A DNA stretch of 64,000 nt from Octopus sinensis (GCF_006345805.1 NC_043005.1:65968001-66032000), one strand, 5' to 3'. Shown: positions 26,094-40,681, counted from the first letter of the stretch. A program made the numbers and translations. The notes: generated from the letters alone by a model not told the origin.

Positions 26094-26099
26094 AATAAA
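26094..26099 (+). terminator. Candidate first polyadenylation signal of SYAP1
   Basis: First canonical AATAAA noticed after the stop codon, followed by T-rich sequence. AATAAA is common in such AT-rich DNA. Confidence 0.3.
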
Positions 26100-26689
26100 A
26101 AAAATTATTTTGATAAATTATTTTCTGTTAAATATTCTTTATACTATTCCTTATTATTAAACCTTTTTTAATTATTTCTTCTTTTTAAAATGGAAACTTT
26201 TCCTAAAAGCTTCACTGATGATGGATACATTCAGAACTATGCATGGGCATTGGGAAGCTTTCTCTAAATTCAGACTTTACATTTTGTAGGATTGTAAAAC
26301 TATTCTCAGAGAAAATTTCTCAAATTCTCCATCCTATATTTCAATTATTTCATTTTGTATTATGTCATATTTTTGCTGAAATTAATTAGAAAAGTAAATA
26401 ACATTTTAACATTTTGTGTGTGTGTATGTCTTTTAAACCTAGTCATTTTTCTTTTTTTGTCCAAATATGTGCATTAAAAAATTTAGCATATGATTGCTTG
26501 ACTACAAACAATGAATTTGTTTAGAGTAGTGAAGAAGGACAGAATGGGTATGTACACACACACACTCATACACACCACGCGCACACACGCATGCACACAC
26601 ACATATATACACACACATGCACACACACACGTGTGTGTCTGTGTGTGTGGTTATTTTTAGTTATGTAACTTTATATCTTAGATAAAATT

Positions 26690-27949
26690 TTGTCTTCAAC
26701 TTTGCCTTTCATCTTTCTGGAGGTTGATGAAATATGCTCCCAACATTGATGGTATCGACTCCAGAAACTTGTTGAAAAACTATCATCATCATGATCATTT
26801 GATTATTGTTAATATTAACAACACAGTTAAGATAAATCAGGTAGTTTATTGTTACTGTGACCTTTCAGAGCTGTGCTGCTGGTTCAATTTTGTCTTTCAT
26901 TCTTTCGGAATCGATAAAATAATTAATATAATTTTAGATCAGATAGATGGAAGAAATTATTTTTGAAAATTTTGTTATTGTTTTTATATTATTTATACAG
27001 TTTTCTGTTTCATAGCCACAAACTTAATGATAATTACTGCAAGGATCAACATTTAAAAATATATATTATTTCATCTAGGATAATCAACCTAAATATTTTC
27101 CACCTAAATAAACAAACCAAATCATTACACAGCAGGTGTGTTATGAAATTAACTAAATGACCAATCTATCGATCAATTCAAGAATCACAGATAACAATAT
27201 ACTAGCAACTCAAGGTATTTATTATTAATCTGTTTGATTCTCATCAAATCTACTAAAATACATCAGATTTCAATTGTCATATGTATTTGTGTGTATGCAA
27301 CAAAATGTATAACATGGGCATATTTCTTATTGCAATAATAAAGAAAATTTCAGTAATATTGCAAATTAAAAATATTTAATGAATTGACTCTCTCTCTCTC
27401 TCTCTCCTTTCTCACTCTTACCCTTCCCCCTTCACACATACACATTATGGCCATTGAACACTGCTATTTTACATTTCTGGGTTTAGATTTACTTAACGTA
27501 GACTTTGTTTATTATTATTCAACAAAACAAATAAATTCTGTGAACTCACTTGACTCGTCTCTTCTCTCCTTACAAACTAGGCTTTCAGCCTAGTAGGAAC
27601 GAATCATAAATTGCTTCATTTCATTTTATTAATTTTCCTGTTTCCAAATATTATTTCAATAATTCAGTTGCTTTACGCCCCCCACCCCCCACCAACCAAC
27701 CCACCATTTTCTTCCTTTAATGTATTTAATAATTTAATTCTTCTATCGATTAATTCTTATTGAAATTTGCATTATGAAAGTTATCAAGTTAGCTGTCTAT
27801 TGTCGACAGTTTCTGAAGCTAATTATTGTTGTTGTTTTTATTATTAGTCCTGCTGAGGTCAACTTTGCCTTTCATCTCTCTTGGAACAATTAAATAAAGT
27901 ACTAGCCAAGTTCCTCAAATTCCAGGCCTTGTACTCATGCTGGAAATAG

Positions 27950-27985
<36 letters not shown>

Positions 27986-27987
27986 GG

Positions 27988-28042
<55 letters not shown>

Positions 28043-29993
28043 GGTACTGCTACTACTACTACTACTACTACTATTATTGGTACTACTACTACTACTGCTA
28101 CTGCTACTGCCACTGCTGCTGCATGTTAACAGAATGGTTAAAGTATCAGAATGCATTGTCATATTTGGTCTAGCCCTTTATGTTCTGAAGTTAACATTGC
28201 CTTTCATTCCTCCGGGGTTGATGAAAAATAAAGTGCCACTCAATTACTGGGGTTGGTGTAATCAACTGACCCTACCCTCACATTCCAGGTTTTCTGTTTG
28301 TGTCATAAATACAGGAAGTGGTTTAGCAGAATTCTTAGATTATCAAAAGAAAAAAAAAAAACAGAAATACTTTGCTCTATCTGTTCTAGCTCTAAATGCT
28401 CTGAGTTCAAACCCTTCCTAGGTAAACTTTGCCTTGTCACCCTTCTGGAGTTGATGGTATCTAAAACTTTTCCCTCAAAGTCATCTGCCTTGTGCTTAAA
28501 TTAGAAACATTTATTAAAAATGAAAGTAATATTAAACATCAATATTATTGTTGGCAAGTGTTGTAGAGATGAAGTATGTTCTCACGAAGTCAGTAAAATA
28601 GATTTTTCCCAATAAAGCGGTTAACCTTGACAGAAACAAACACTGCAACTACCCATTTCTTCTTTCTTAAAAATCTCAGGTTCATGCTTAATACCATTTT
28701 TGATATTTTCTTTTTATGTTTAATGCAAGAGCCAGAGAATTGATGTATGATCAACACTTAATTCTTGGTGAGAAGCATTTTGCTTTATGTACATCACGAA
28801 TATCTTTAACAAAAATATGAATGTCACATAAAGTCAATTTTCTTTCTTTTACAAATTTCAAGCATTTGTTGTTATTTCTGCTGTTGCATCTACCTGTTGT
28901 TAGTTGTTGACTAGCATATATTTTGATAGTTTTATTTATTTAGTGGTATTAATTTTATTCCTATTCTCAAAACAAATTATAGTGGATAGTGATAAAATTT
29001 TCTCTGTAAACTGAGTCCATTTATTTGGTTTCAGTAACTGCTCTGACATAATACTTGGGGAAAAACATGATGTGACAGTTTCTTTATGAACCTGCAACTA
29101 TGTAAGAAATATTGTTGTTGTTGTTATTGTTATTATTATGGTGGTGAGGCTGGAAGAATTCTTCCAGCTCTTTATGTTCTGAGTTCAAACGATGCTGAAG
29201 TTGACTTTGTTTTTCATACTTTCAGGGTCAATAAAATAAGTATCTGCTGAGTACTGTGGTCAGTGTTATTGACTTACCCACTCCCACTAAAAAATTTCTG
29301 GCCTTGTGCAAAAAAAATTATTGTTATTTTTTGTTGTTATTGTTGTTATTTAATCCCAGGTCAGAACTGATTGAACAGACCTTAGATGACAAATGTTCAG
29401 GCCATAACCATCCCATATTCCCCACCACTTTTTTTTTTTTTTTTGCTAATGAGAAGCACATTTCTCAGTATGTCCATCCCATTCCAAAATAGATTGTAAT
29501 TTAAGGGAGATTTGGCTGCCATTTCTAGCAGGTCAGATTTTCAATTACTGTTAAGAAGGCAATAGAGTAACAGTAATGGTAAAACTTCAGATTTAATTTC
29601 TTGTAGTATTTAGTTATGTCCCAATATATTCTAAGATCAAATTCTACCTGAACAGATATTGCCTTTCATTTCTTTGGGATTGATTAAAAATGTGTAATAA
29701 GAGTCAATTTAATCAATTCCATACTGTTCCCCAAATTTGTGATCTTGTTGTAAAGCCAGAAAGATTATAATTGTTATAAAGGAGTGGGCTGGCAGAATCA
29801 TTAGAGCATTGGATTAAATGCATGCAGTACTTCTGCTCTTGTTCTTTATCTTCTGTGTTCGAATCCTATTGAGATCAACTTTGCCTTTCATCCTTTTGGA
29901 ATTAATGAAATATGTACCAGTCAAATACTGGGTCAACATAATCAACTTCCCCCACACCTCAAAAACTGATGGCCCTCTACCAAAATTTGAAGC

Positions 29994-30028
<35 letters not shown>

Positions 30029-30666
30029 TTTCAATGGATTTTTGCAAATTATTCACTGCTCATTAATGTTCCTAATTTGTTTGCAGTATTGTTATTTTTA
30101 GGAGTTGGGAGATGTTTGATGTGATATATCTAATTTGATGCGTTTTGCCATTTTTAATGCTACTACCGTTTGTTGCAAATGCTTTTATTTGAAAGCCAAT
30201 TATGCGGAGTATGTTCAATATAAGTTGTGGTGTTTAAGTGATGAGCTGCAGAATTGTTAACATACCTGGCAAAATGCTTAGAGACTTTTCATCTGACTTT
30301 ATGATCAGAGTTCAAATTTCGTTGAGATCAACTTTGCTTTTCCTCCTTTTGGGAGTTGATAAAATAAGTACCAATTGAGCAGTGAGGTCAATGTAATCAA
30401 TTTATCTCCTCCCCCGAAATTGCTGGCCTTGTGCCAAAATTTGAAACCAATACAAGTTGTGTTGTGCTGAGATATTTTGTTATTGAATTCAGTGTATTTT
30501 ATGTGCAAATGCCCACTGTATTTAGTGAGGTTATTTTTGGAGAGCATATGTAAATTTGTAAACTTTGGTATGTTTTTTTAGTTCATTTTCATCTTATCAT
30601 ATCTAGTATGCTGATGATTTTTTTTAATGCCTTAATAATAATATAATAATAATAATAATAATAAAA

Positions 30667-30702
<36 letters not shown>

Positions 30703-30930
30703 GTAATAATAATTGTTACAATGGTGAATTTGCAGAACTGTTAGTGTTGGAAAAATGCCCTGAATTACTTCTGATTCTATACATCCTGAATTCAAATCCT
30801 GCCAAGACCAACTTTGCCTGTCATTCCCCTTGGATCAATAAAATAAAATGTCAGTCAAGTATTGGGAGCTAATGGTATCAACAAACTCCTCCTTTGAAAT
30901 TACTGGTCTTGTGCCTAAATAGAAACACTG
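26690..30930 (+). mobile_element. Cluster of about 8 family-D SINE copies or fragments, all on +
   Basis: aactttgcctttcatc-type core near 26700, 27860, 28195, 28425, 29200, 29878, 30330 and 30810. Clearer copies at 29138-29315, 29780-29992, 30235-30452 and 30720-30930. Confidence 0.8.
27951..28105. repeat. (TAC)n microsatellite
   Basis: Direct reading. Explains the poly-Y/S/V/L ORFs. Confidence 0.95.
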
Positions 30931-32927
30931 ATTGTTCATTATAAATTCTTCAGTGCTGAGTGATATTTGGATCAGAGAAATTTGGGATATTTATCAGAAT
31001 ACACACCTTATCTTTTCTGTGTTTGATATGATGGTTTGCTTTGATCTCCTTGTCAGAGATCAAAAATATCATGCACTGAATTTTTTATATGCTTCTGCTA
31101 TTTATCTTTGGTTTTCAAATGGAGGTAATAGTATAAATTAATATATTATATACTAATAAATTTTGCTATGTATCTAGTTGTGTCTGGATATATTTGTAAA
31201 ATAATTATTATAGTATTTTTTTTTCACCACAAATACTCTAGAAGTAAGATCCTGCAGATACAAAGTTGTTTCGGTTTTTGTTCTTCATTGTAAGCTTTCC
31301 TCCCATACTATTAATATTATTGAGACAGGCATAACTGTCTGCATTAATTTCTCTACCAATATAAACTGAGACCTTATATTAACAGGCAGGCACTAAATTG
31401 TCATGATAAAACTATCAGATAACTAAGTTCAGGACTCAGCTATAATTCTTCACTGGATCTGGATTGTAGTTACTTCATAACTTTTCATTGCTCTTTCTGT
31501 GTAAATCTGAGATTTTATACTTATCTAAGCAGTGATAGTATTATTCTTGTTGCTGTATAGCACAATAATTAATTGAATTAATATTATAGATAAATATATT
31601 GTGAACAATTCAAGGAAGTTTTTAATATATGTTTCAGGAATATTGTAGTTTGGAAGGTGAAAAGCTTCAATTGTTGACTTAGATTTGTCCTATGACACAT
31701 TATTGTTTTTTTTTGTTTTTTTGCTTTTAATTGCAAAATTTAGTGTGTATAATAATTGTACACATTAAAACTTTTTAAATTCATATATACTTTATTGTCT
31801 TGTAATAATGATATTATTAATTGTCATAGTCTTTCCTGAATATATTTATGATTTGGTCACTGACACAACTTCCCTGCATGTTTTTTTTATATATGAAGCT
31901 TATTGAAAATGTCTAACCACTGGCTGATAGAATATAACAGAACCCACCAACCAATAAATAATAATTTATTTTTTTGTCTTTATTTTATTCACTTTCTTTT
32001 TCTTTTAAGTTTTTCTACATTTGTTTAGCTTTATCATTTCCCCCACCCCACACCCTACTCTGGTCTGTTCGTCAGGAATAAATAGTTTTTTTTTTAAAAA
32101 GATTTTCTCTAAACATAACCCCATATTAGTGTTAACACTCCAAAGTACCTTGGTACATAAACTTAAGAATGTTAACACTTGTAGGGGTTGCTTTTGAAAC
32201 ACTTTTGTTTCTCAGGAACTTCTGTGGATGCTGAAAAAGGCCCAGTCAGTAATGTAAGGACCCAAAGTCAGTGTTACTGTCAGAGAATATAATGTAAAAT
32301 ATATAACTTCTAACATTTTCTGTAAAAACCTTTGTGGACGGACATGTATGAGTGTGCTTCTTAGTTTCTTTTTGCCATTACAACGAAGGTCATACTGGAG
32401 CACTGTATGTGTATAGGTAAAGATGTGACTAACATCTGCTCTGCTTCATATTGACAGTAGGTTGCTACTGACCTATGTAAAATCATCCTATTGTTTTTTA
32501 ACTAATTATCTCTGCTTCACATTCATTATACGTTGCTAGTACTTAATCAAATACGTGCGAAGCTGGATATAAGCTCTTATTTATTGTTACCTATTTATTC
32601 ATCAGCTAACGAGTAAATTTACCGATGCACACGTGGTACTGCAGTACGGCCTTGTCTGTAATAGACCAAAGAACACTCAAAAACACACATACATAATGCA
32701 TAAAGCAATCTCTCTTTCTCTCTCTCTCCCTCTCTCTATGTGTGTGTGTACTCCACTCATTAATTATTTATTTATAAGTTATTCATGATTTAAAAAAAAT
32801 AACTCAGTACATATAGAATGTAGAGTATAAATATTTTTTATTAAAAGAATATCTTATCTGTTATCACAGACTTGTCTAGAAGATTGCCTTTGTACTTTAA
32901 AATCGATTATAGCATCTAAAATGATTT

Positions 32928-32980
<53 letters not shown>

Positions 32981-35254
32981 CTCTCTCTCTCTATATATAT
33001 ATATATATGGGTGGAGGGGTGTTTGTGCACACACACACATATATAATGCATGTAAATATATAATATGCATTTTGTCAAAGAGGAAAGGAAACAAAAAAAC
33101 TTATGAAATTTATTATTTTGTCTATTAAAGAACAAGTAACTTTTTTTTAATACAATAGCTACCCTTGGCCAGAAAATTTGTCATCTTTCTTGATATGACC
33201 CTCTATTTTCCCTTTAGTTTTTCTTCTAAACTAAGCGTCACACACTTGTTATTTTTACCCAAATGAGAATCAGCTTTCTAGCATTTTATTTGCAGTTGTG
33301 CAGTCGTCTTCATATTAACATTTTTTTATCATTTATTCAGCAAAGAAAAGGCAGCATAAGTAGTTTTTCCTAATTATTTGTTTTATTTGTCCTACCTTGA
33401 TTTATTTATTACGGTTATGAATCTACCATTTTTTAGGATGGAGAGACAGTATGTGGTGAAATTTATTTACCACACTAGGTTTTATTATTCTTTTGATTTC
33501 ATATTTCTCTTTTATTATGATCGAACAGTAGTAAACTCTAACTCCAGGTAAGCTAAAATCACAATGCAATTTCACATCACACTGAATGGCCATAAGTGTC
33601 TCCCCCCAACCAATCACCGAAAGACAGTAGTGTTAACCACCCTTTGAGGAAACAGTTCACATTAAATCATGAGTAAAATGGATCAAATTGATTTATTATT
33701 GAAGAAACATCACTTCCTTCTTTTATACATTTGAGGGAACTCAAGTTTAAGAAACCATTACATCTTGTTCAGTTGCCAATCAATGCCCCTCCCCTTCTCT
33801 CACCACTTGATTAACTGCTTCCATTTTATTTGAGAGTTAGCAGCAAGGGGCAATAAATACTGCTGATGAAATTTGACTGGAATCTTTCTACGGAGATTTA
33901 CCCAAGATGGGAAAACTGTGTCATTTGTTCCACTTGTACACTTTGATAATAGCAATAATATCATATCATTAAAGACTTTTAGTTACTGTTTTCATTCAGA
34001 TACAAAATGTCGTCGAGGTTTTTTGTTAATATTTATGCTTTTATTATCCGTAGAGAAAATGAAATTCTGAAGTCGCTACCGTTACAAGATTAAATGTTAT
34101 ACAGCGTCTTGTAATGTTTGTTCATAGTTGTGACAAGCACAATTAAACCCGTTCTTGGAAAATCTACCAGAATTTAATTTCAGTTCTCAGTTGTCACCAT
34201 TTCACCTTAGTTATGTTACTGATGATGTAAAGGAAGATTTGACTCTCACACATCCTCATGGCATAGCCACCTGGAAACCTGAGACCTTATCAGAAATTAA
34301 TAAACTGTTCCCAGTTGAAGATAGTAATGTTTTAAATGTGCATAAAATTCTTATGAATGTGTGTGTGCATCTATGTGTGTGTGTGTATATATATATATAT
34401 ATAATACAGACACACATTCTTACCATATTCCATATCTTTCATTTCCTACTTTGGTGTCGACATAAAATTTTGGTTCAACAGAAAAATATATTAATTTTGA
34501 CAAAAAAAAAAAGTATATAGGTGGGAGGGAATTCTGTACTCCTTAAAATCCTTAAAGGACCACATTTTTTTTTATGGAACATTTGTTACTATTTGTGTAT
34601 TATTGGGTGTAACGATGCTGCACCACAGCGTTACTTCTACTTGTTACATTCTTGAAGTTTCCATCATCAGCTGGGTTTCTTGACTTAAAATTTTAAAAAC
34701 TACAAAAAGAAATCAAGAAAAAAACCAAAACAAAAACAAAAAAAAAACCAAAACAAAAAGCGATAGTTTACTACATAAGTTTCACTTTAAATGGATTCAT
34801 ATGGCCAGTTCTTCATACTGAGCTATGAAATTTTTTTTTTTATTAGTATGCTTCTATGCCAGGCATATTTTACACAAATTTTGTTGTGGGTAGGGTGTTA
34901 GTAGGTATCTTTATATGTATTGTGATAACAGTGTGTGAATGTGCGGTATGTGTGTGTATCTTTGTAGATGGTGCACAATCTGGGAGGGAGAACATAAAAA
35001 TGCAAATTTCTTGGTGTGCAGCTACTTACCAGACCTGCACTACATTTAAGCATTTTTGAAGTTACTACTTAGAAGCAAAGTAGGCGTACATGTAGATAGA
35101 CGTAGATAAATACACATAATTGTGTATCAAAAAAAAAAGAAAAAAAAACCTTTGTATGTATGAAAGCATAATTCTTCAGTCCAACCATCTGCATGCAACA
35201 CTGCATCAGGTGGCGGTGACTTATTTTTCAAGTCTTTTTTCATTTTCAATTTTT

Positions 35255-35454
35255 TATCTCTTCATCGATTTGCATGCACAATTCTTACACACACACACAC
35301 ACACACATATATACACACACACAAACATATATATATATATATATATATAATATATATATATATATATGTATATGTGTGTGTGTACATATAGCTGTATATA
35401 TGTCTGTGTACATATATGTATAAACATATGCATGTGTGTGTGTGTGTGTGTGTG

Positions 35455-35489
<35 letters not shown>

Positions 35490-36293
35490 GCACATATACA
35501 CACACAAGTACATGCACAAGTGTCTGTGTGGGTGTATATGCATCTAAATGTATAGGAGTGTATACACATGTATCTACTTATATATATATGTTTATATCAT
35601 TTACTGTTCTGTTAACATAGGATCAACAAAAGCAAGTACTCCATCCAGAGAGAGATAAATATCATTTAATGTACACTATCTCTCACAGGATGGGGTACTT
35701 TTTTTTTTGTTGGTTTTTTCATATAGAATAAACCATGTGCCCAGAGACAGGATTGCTTGGAGACACAAGGCTTGTTAGAAGAATCTGCCTAACCACATGT
35801 CTCAATGGCAAGAAACTATTTGTAGCACTTAGTTTAATACAGTATACATTAAATGATGTACACACATACATACATATATATATATATACATATGTATATA
35901 TATACATATTTATATATATATATATACATATATATATTTATGTATATATATATATATATGTGTGCATATATATATATATATATGTGCATATATATATATA
36001 TGTGCATATATATATATACATATGTTTATATATATATACACATACATGCATATGTATGTATATATATATATATATACACACACACATGCATATGTATGTA
36101 TTTATATAGATCAACATATGTGTGGACAATGTGTGTGTGTATGTGCATACACACATGCACACATATTTGTGTGTATATGTATACACACACACATGCGTAT
36201 GTATGTATTTATATAGATCAACATATATGTGTGGACAATGTGTGTGTGTGTATGTGCATACACACATGCACACATATTTGTGTGTATATGTAT

Positions 36294-36325
<32 letters not shown>
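35255..36325. repeat. Compound (TA)/(TG)/(CA) microsatellite field with an about 110-bp tandem duplication (about 36086-36305)
   Basis: tatagatcaacatatgtgtggacaatgtgtg occurs twice. Confidence 0.85.
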
Positions 36326-36830
36326 TAATTAAAGGGATTTGTTTTTTAAAGCTGGAACAATGCGAGAAGGTACAATGTAAGCTGGAAAAGGAAACAAAAC
36401 AAAGCAAAGTAGCAGTTTCACCGCGTATTCCTATATTTCAGGGTTATGACCCACTTCTTCAGAACATTTGAAGAAAAAGTGAGAGATGGAAAAGTTGTCG
36501 CTCAGATGTGATGGGGAAGAAGCAAGGTGACATGCGCAGCCTGGTGTTGTTATGATAACCAGTGTGCTTCATGCAGTTCCTTCCTGTTGTTAATGACTGA
36601 TCTCAATTTGTCGATAAGGAGGTCCCCATGATCCCAAGTTTGCCCCCTGTTGCATTGAGTGGCTTTGATGGATACCTTAAAGTCCTGGGTCTGGCGCTCC
36701 CTTAGGAATTTTTCAAATGATGAGTCAGTGTAGTCTGTGTGCATATGTTCTTTTATGCAAATGTGCAATTTCCTGGTGGTGCTTCCTACGTAGGGTACCC
36801 CACGTTTACTGCAGACTACTGGAGTATAAC
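36325..36830 (-). mobile_element. Penelope-like 3' end: GIY-YIG relic followed by hammerhead-like terminal repeat
   Basis: VVCSKRGVPYVGSTTRKLHICIKEH. Downstream CTGAAGA-A-GTGGGT-CATA-ACCCT-GAAA-TATA at about 36427-36468. Confidence 0.75.
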
Positions 36831-37189
36831 CCCAAAATATAGAAATGCAGAGTAAAACTGTAACTTTGTTTTGTTTTGTCTCCTTTTATAGTTTTCTTTG
36901 TACCTTCATGCATTATTCCTGCCTTACACAACAAATCTCTTCAAAGTAGTACCACACAATACTTCACCAAAACTGTTCCATTCATATATATGTGCATGTG
37001 TGTGTGTGTGTGTATATATATATATCGTCGGTAAATCACAAATCCGAGAAAGAAGCACACAAAGTTATAGAGCAGTGTAGTATAAAGATAGATGAGGCTG
37101 GTCCGTGGGATTATGCTGGGTTTCACATAAAGATAAGTGCTTTATGGACGTGAAATCCAGGGTAATCCCATAGACTGGCTTTGTCTATC

Positions 37190-37240
37190 TTTATATATAT
37201 ATATATACACTCACACACATTGTATATATATATATGCATG

Positions 37241-37290
<50 letters not shown>

Positions 37291-37930
37291 GCATGTATAT
37301 ATATATAATATATATATATATATATACATATATAATATATATATACATATACATACATATGTGTATACATATATGTGAGTGTGCATGTGTGTGAAAATAT
37401 CTCCATATATATGTTCATGTGTGTGTGTCTGTGTGCGTATATATATATATATATGTATATATACACATACACACGTACATGAGTGTGTAGATGTGTGTGC
37501 ATATTAGTATCGAAGTTTGTTGGCCGTTGTGTTTATAGTATTGTTGGGTCTTGGAGGTAAGAGAGTATGTGTATGTATATGCATGTGTATATACATCTAT
37601 CTATATTCGTGTGTGTTTGTATATATGTGTGTATGTATGTATATATACTTATATATGCATGTATACATATTTATGTATGTGTATATATGTATATACACAC
37701 ACACATTCACATATATATGCAGAATTTGAATGTGAGCTGTTATAAGTTTCATTTCTTATAGTGTAGTAGATATGGGCTTTAATGTCATGTAGTATAATGC
37801 ATTTTTTCAGGATCAGTATACAACAGTCAATCAGACAACCTTGTATTGTGTGCTCTGTAGTGCTCTATGTACATACGTATATGTGTGTGTATATACATAT
37901 GTGTGTGTGTGTATGCATGCGTGTGTGTAT
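37190..37930. repeat. (TA)/(TG) compound microsatellites
   Basis: Direct reading. Confidence 0.9.
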
Positions 37931-39370
37931 GTGTCTGTGTGTGTGTGTGTAGGTATTGTTTATCTGCAATACTTTATGTGGTTTTAATATAAATAATTCT
38001 ATATTGCATTTTTCTGTTCTCCAATTCTTCAATGGATTTTTCTTTTTTCAATATCAAAAAAAAAAAGGGAATAAAAGAAAATGCTGATAAAACTACGCCA
38101 TTCCATGTTTTGACATTATTCTTTCCTGTTGGGTTTCTTTTTTAATTTTTTGTATTAGAAATATTTGAAAGAAAGGAACCAGAATTTGTAATCTCAGTTG
38201 TGCATCTTGTTCCTTCATAGTTGTAGCAAAATATATATTAAGGAATAAATTTAATTTTTCAAACTGTGTAAACCATTGACTTGTTGTTTTTGTCCGTTAA
38301 AAATTCATCATTGTTTTTGTCAAAAAATATCTCATTTATATTTTCCCCTCTCACTTTTCATTTCTCACTGTTTGCTTTGATTTGAGCTTGCTAGATGTAG
38401 CACATGTTTCTATCTGTATTTCATCCTGTGTACTTCAAATCTGAATATTGCAGATTTACATCACAATGGAAAAAGAGAAGATGCCATTCTTATTTCAAAA
38501 ATTCAGAGCTGTAAGATTTTATTGCTTCATGAATATTATTAAAAAGTTGTGTGTGTGTAAAAGAAGAGAAGAACACAAACGGGGTTTAAAATTCACAACA
38601 TTTGTTTCAGTAGTGTTTTATTGATAAATTCTTAGATTACATCATGACAAATACCCACCATCTTTAAGTAATTTTAAATAAACAGAGTGGTAAGGTAGAA
38701 ATTTTAAGTTGACTAGCTCACTATGTTACATAGTGAGCATGTTACATAGTAAAGCAAGTTAAAGCAAGTGCACCCAACACCAGAGCTGAAGACACCTCCG
38801 AAAGACACCTGCCACGTCAAAACGGTAGAGGAGTAGGGGCCGAAACCGGACGTGGTTCCTCCTGATGATGTCTTAAGCTAACTAGATCCTATAAAGGAGC
38901 TGTTGTGGTAGCAGACCACGAAACACGGTTGTAATTCCTCCTGTATCTGAATAATCGTAGAATTTACAATGGTCGCTTGTAAGACCCATAAGGGTAAAGT
39001 TCAAAGCCTATTAAATTCCTCAGATTTATCTTAATTAGGTTATGCCCCTGGCAAGAGAATCAAGGAAAACAATTATACAATAAAAGAGAAAAAATAAAAG
39101 AAAGGACATCAGACAAGAGGTACAGTTGTTACATACATGTACATACATACTCTCATATATTTTCCATGCATGTACATACACTGAAAATCATATATTTTGC
39201 ATTGCTTATACACTATAACACTGTATAATGTGCCGATATAATCATAAGAAAGGAAAATTGAGTAAAATAAAATAGAATTAAATGCAACAGTTAATGTAAC
39301 ATTTAATTAATTAAATGTAACAATTAATGATAATAGAATAACCAAGATATGATAAATATATGGCGAATTG

Positions 39371-39700
39371 AGACCCCCTTCGGTCATGACTGACCATGGG
39401 ATTGCACCTTGAAAGTTACCCTCCCAGGTACAAGTCTGGACAAGGTTGTTTATGGAAGACCAGTAGTCGCCCATGCATGCTGGCCTCCCCTCTCCACACC
39501 ATCAGTGTTGTCCAAGGGAAAGGCAAAGGGGCCGTTACAGCTTGGCACCAGTGACGTCGCAACTCATTTCTACAGCTGAGTGAACTGTAGCAACGTGAAA
39601 TAAAGTGTCCTGCTCTAGCACACAGCACACAGCTCAGTCCGGGATTCGAACTCACAACCTCACGACCGTAAGCTTGACACTCTAAACACTGAGCCATGTG
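39371..39700 (-). mobile_element. tRNA-derived SINE (family C)
   Basis: Reverse complement of the 1106-1445 family. A box tggctcagtg and B box gagttcgaatcc on -. Confidence 0.8.
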
Positions 39701-40438
39701 AGTAATGGATAGAATATAAGATAAAATAATGCAAAAAAAATAGGAATCAAAAAATGGAACCATACCCATGAAGTTATACATTACATTACTTAATCTTACC
39801 ATTCATGAGATGAAGATATAAAATATTCCTAACTAGGAGGTATAAACCACCAGGTAATAATTTCCAATTAATTCCTACAGTTTATGCACAACATTGGAAG
39901 AAATAAGTATGGATAGAGGTTAGATAGGGAATATATCCATATTAAATAACAGGCTTGAAGTAACCAAATGTACAACGGATATTATGCAAGCAGCATAACC
40001 CTATTTCTCTCGTTGAGAGTGTTACCTTGATACTTAAGCATCTTATTCTGCTGAGTTGTATGAGAGCTTTAAATATCAAGATAACATTCTCAACAGGATG
40101 AGGAAGCTAAGGTTATGCTGCTTGCTTAATATTAGATGTACATTTGCATATTTCATGCTTGTGTATGTTTTCCTGTACATATGCTTAAATGTTTTTGTTT
40201 TCCCAAATAAATTGCACTTCATGTCTGAGGCTTGGATGAAACTGTAAGGTGTTACTCAACTATGAGTCCACTACATTTTATAAGTGGAAACAGCTGTAAG
40301 CTAATGAAGTTCATATGATAATCATTTATTCCTGCCATGTTTATATATATATATACATACACACACATATATATATAATGTACTGTTCCGTGATGGTAAG
40401 ATCAGCAAAAAAAAAGTACTACATCTAGTGAGAAATAA

Positions 40439-40681
40439 ATATTATTTAATAAACACAATACATGTTATGTGCTACTATTAGTTTCATGTGCTGAGAACAT
40501 GTCAAACAATGTTTTATAACACAGCTGACATCTCAGCACAGTCCAAATGGCATGATGAATTAAAAATGGAATGATTGTGCTGAGATGTCAGACATGTTAT
40601 AAAACATTGTTTGGCATGTTCTCAGCACATGAAACTAATAGTAGCACACAAAAAACATGTATTGTGTTTATTAAATAATAT
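40439..40681. repeat. Fold-back element, about 100-bp inverted arms with 35-nt spacer
   Basis: 40439-40540 pairs with 40576-40681 with few mismatches or indels. Confidence 0.9.
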
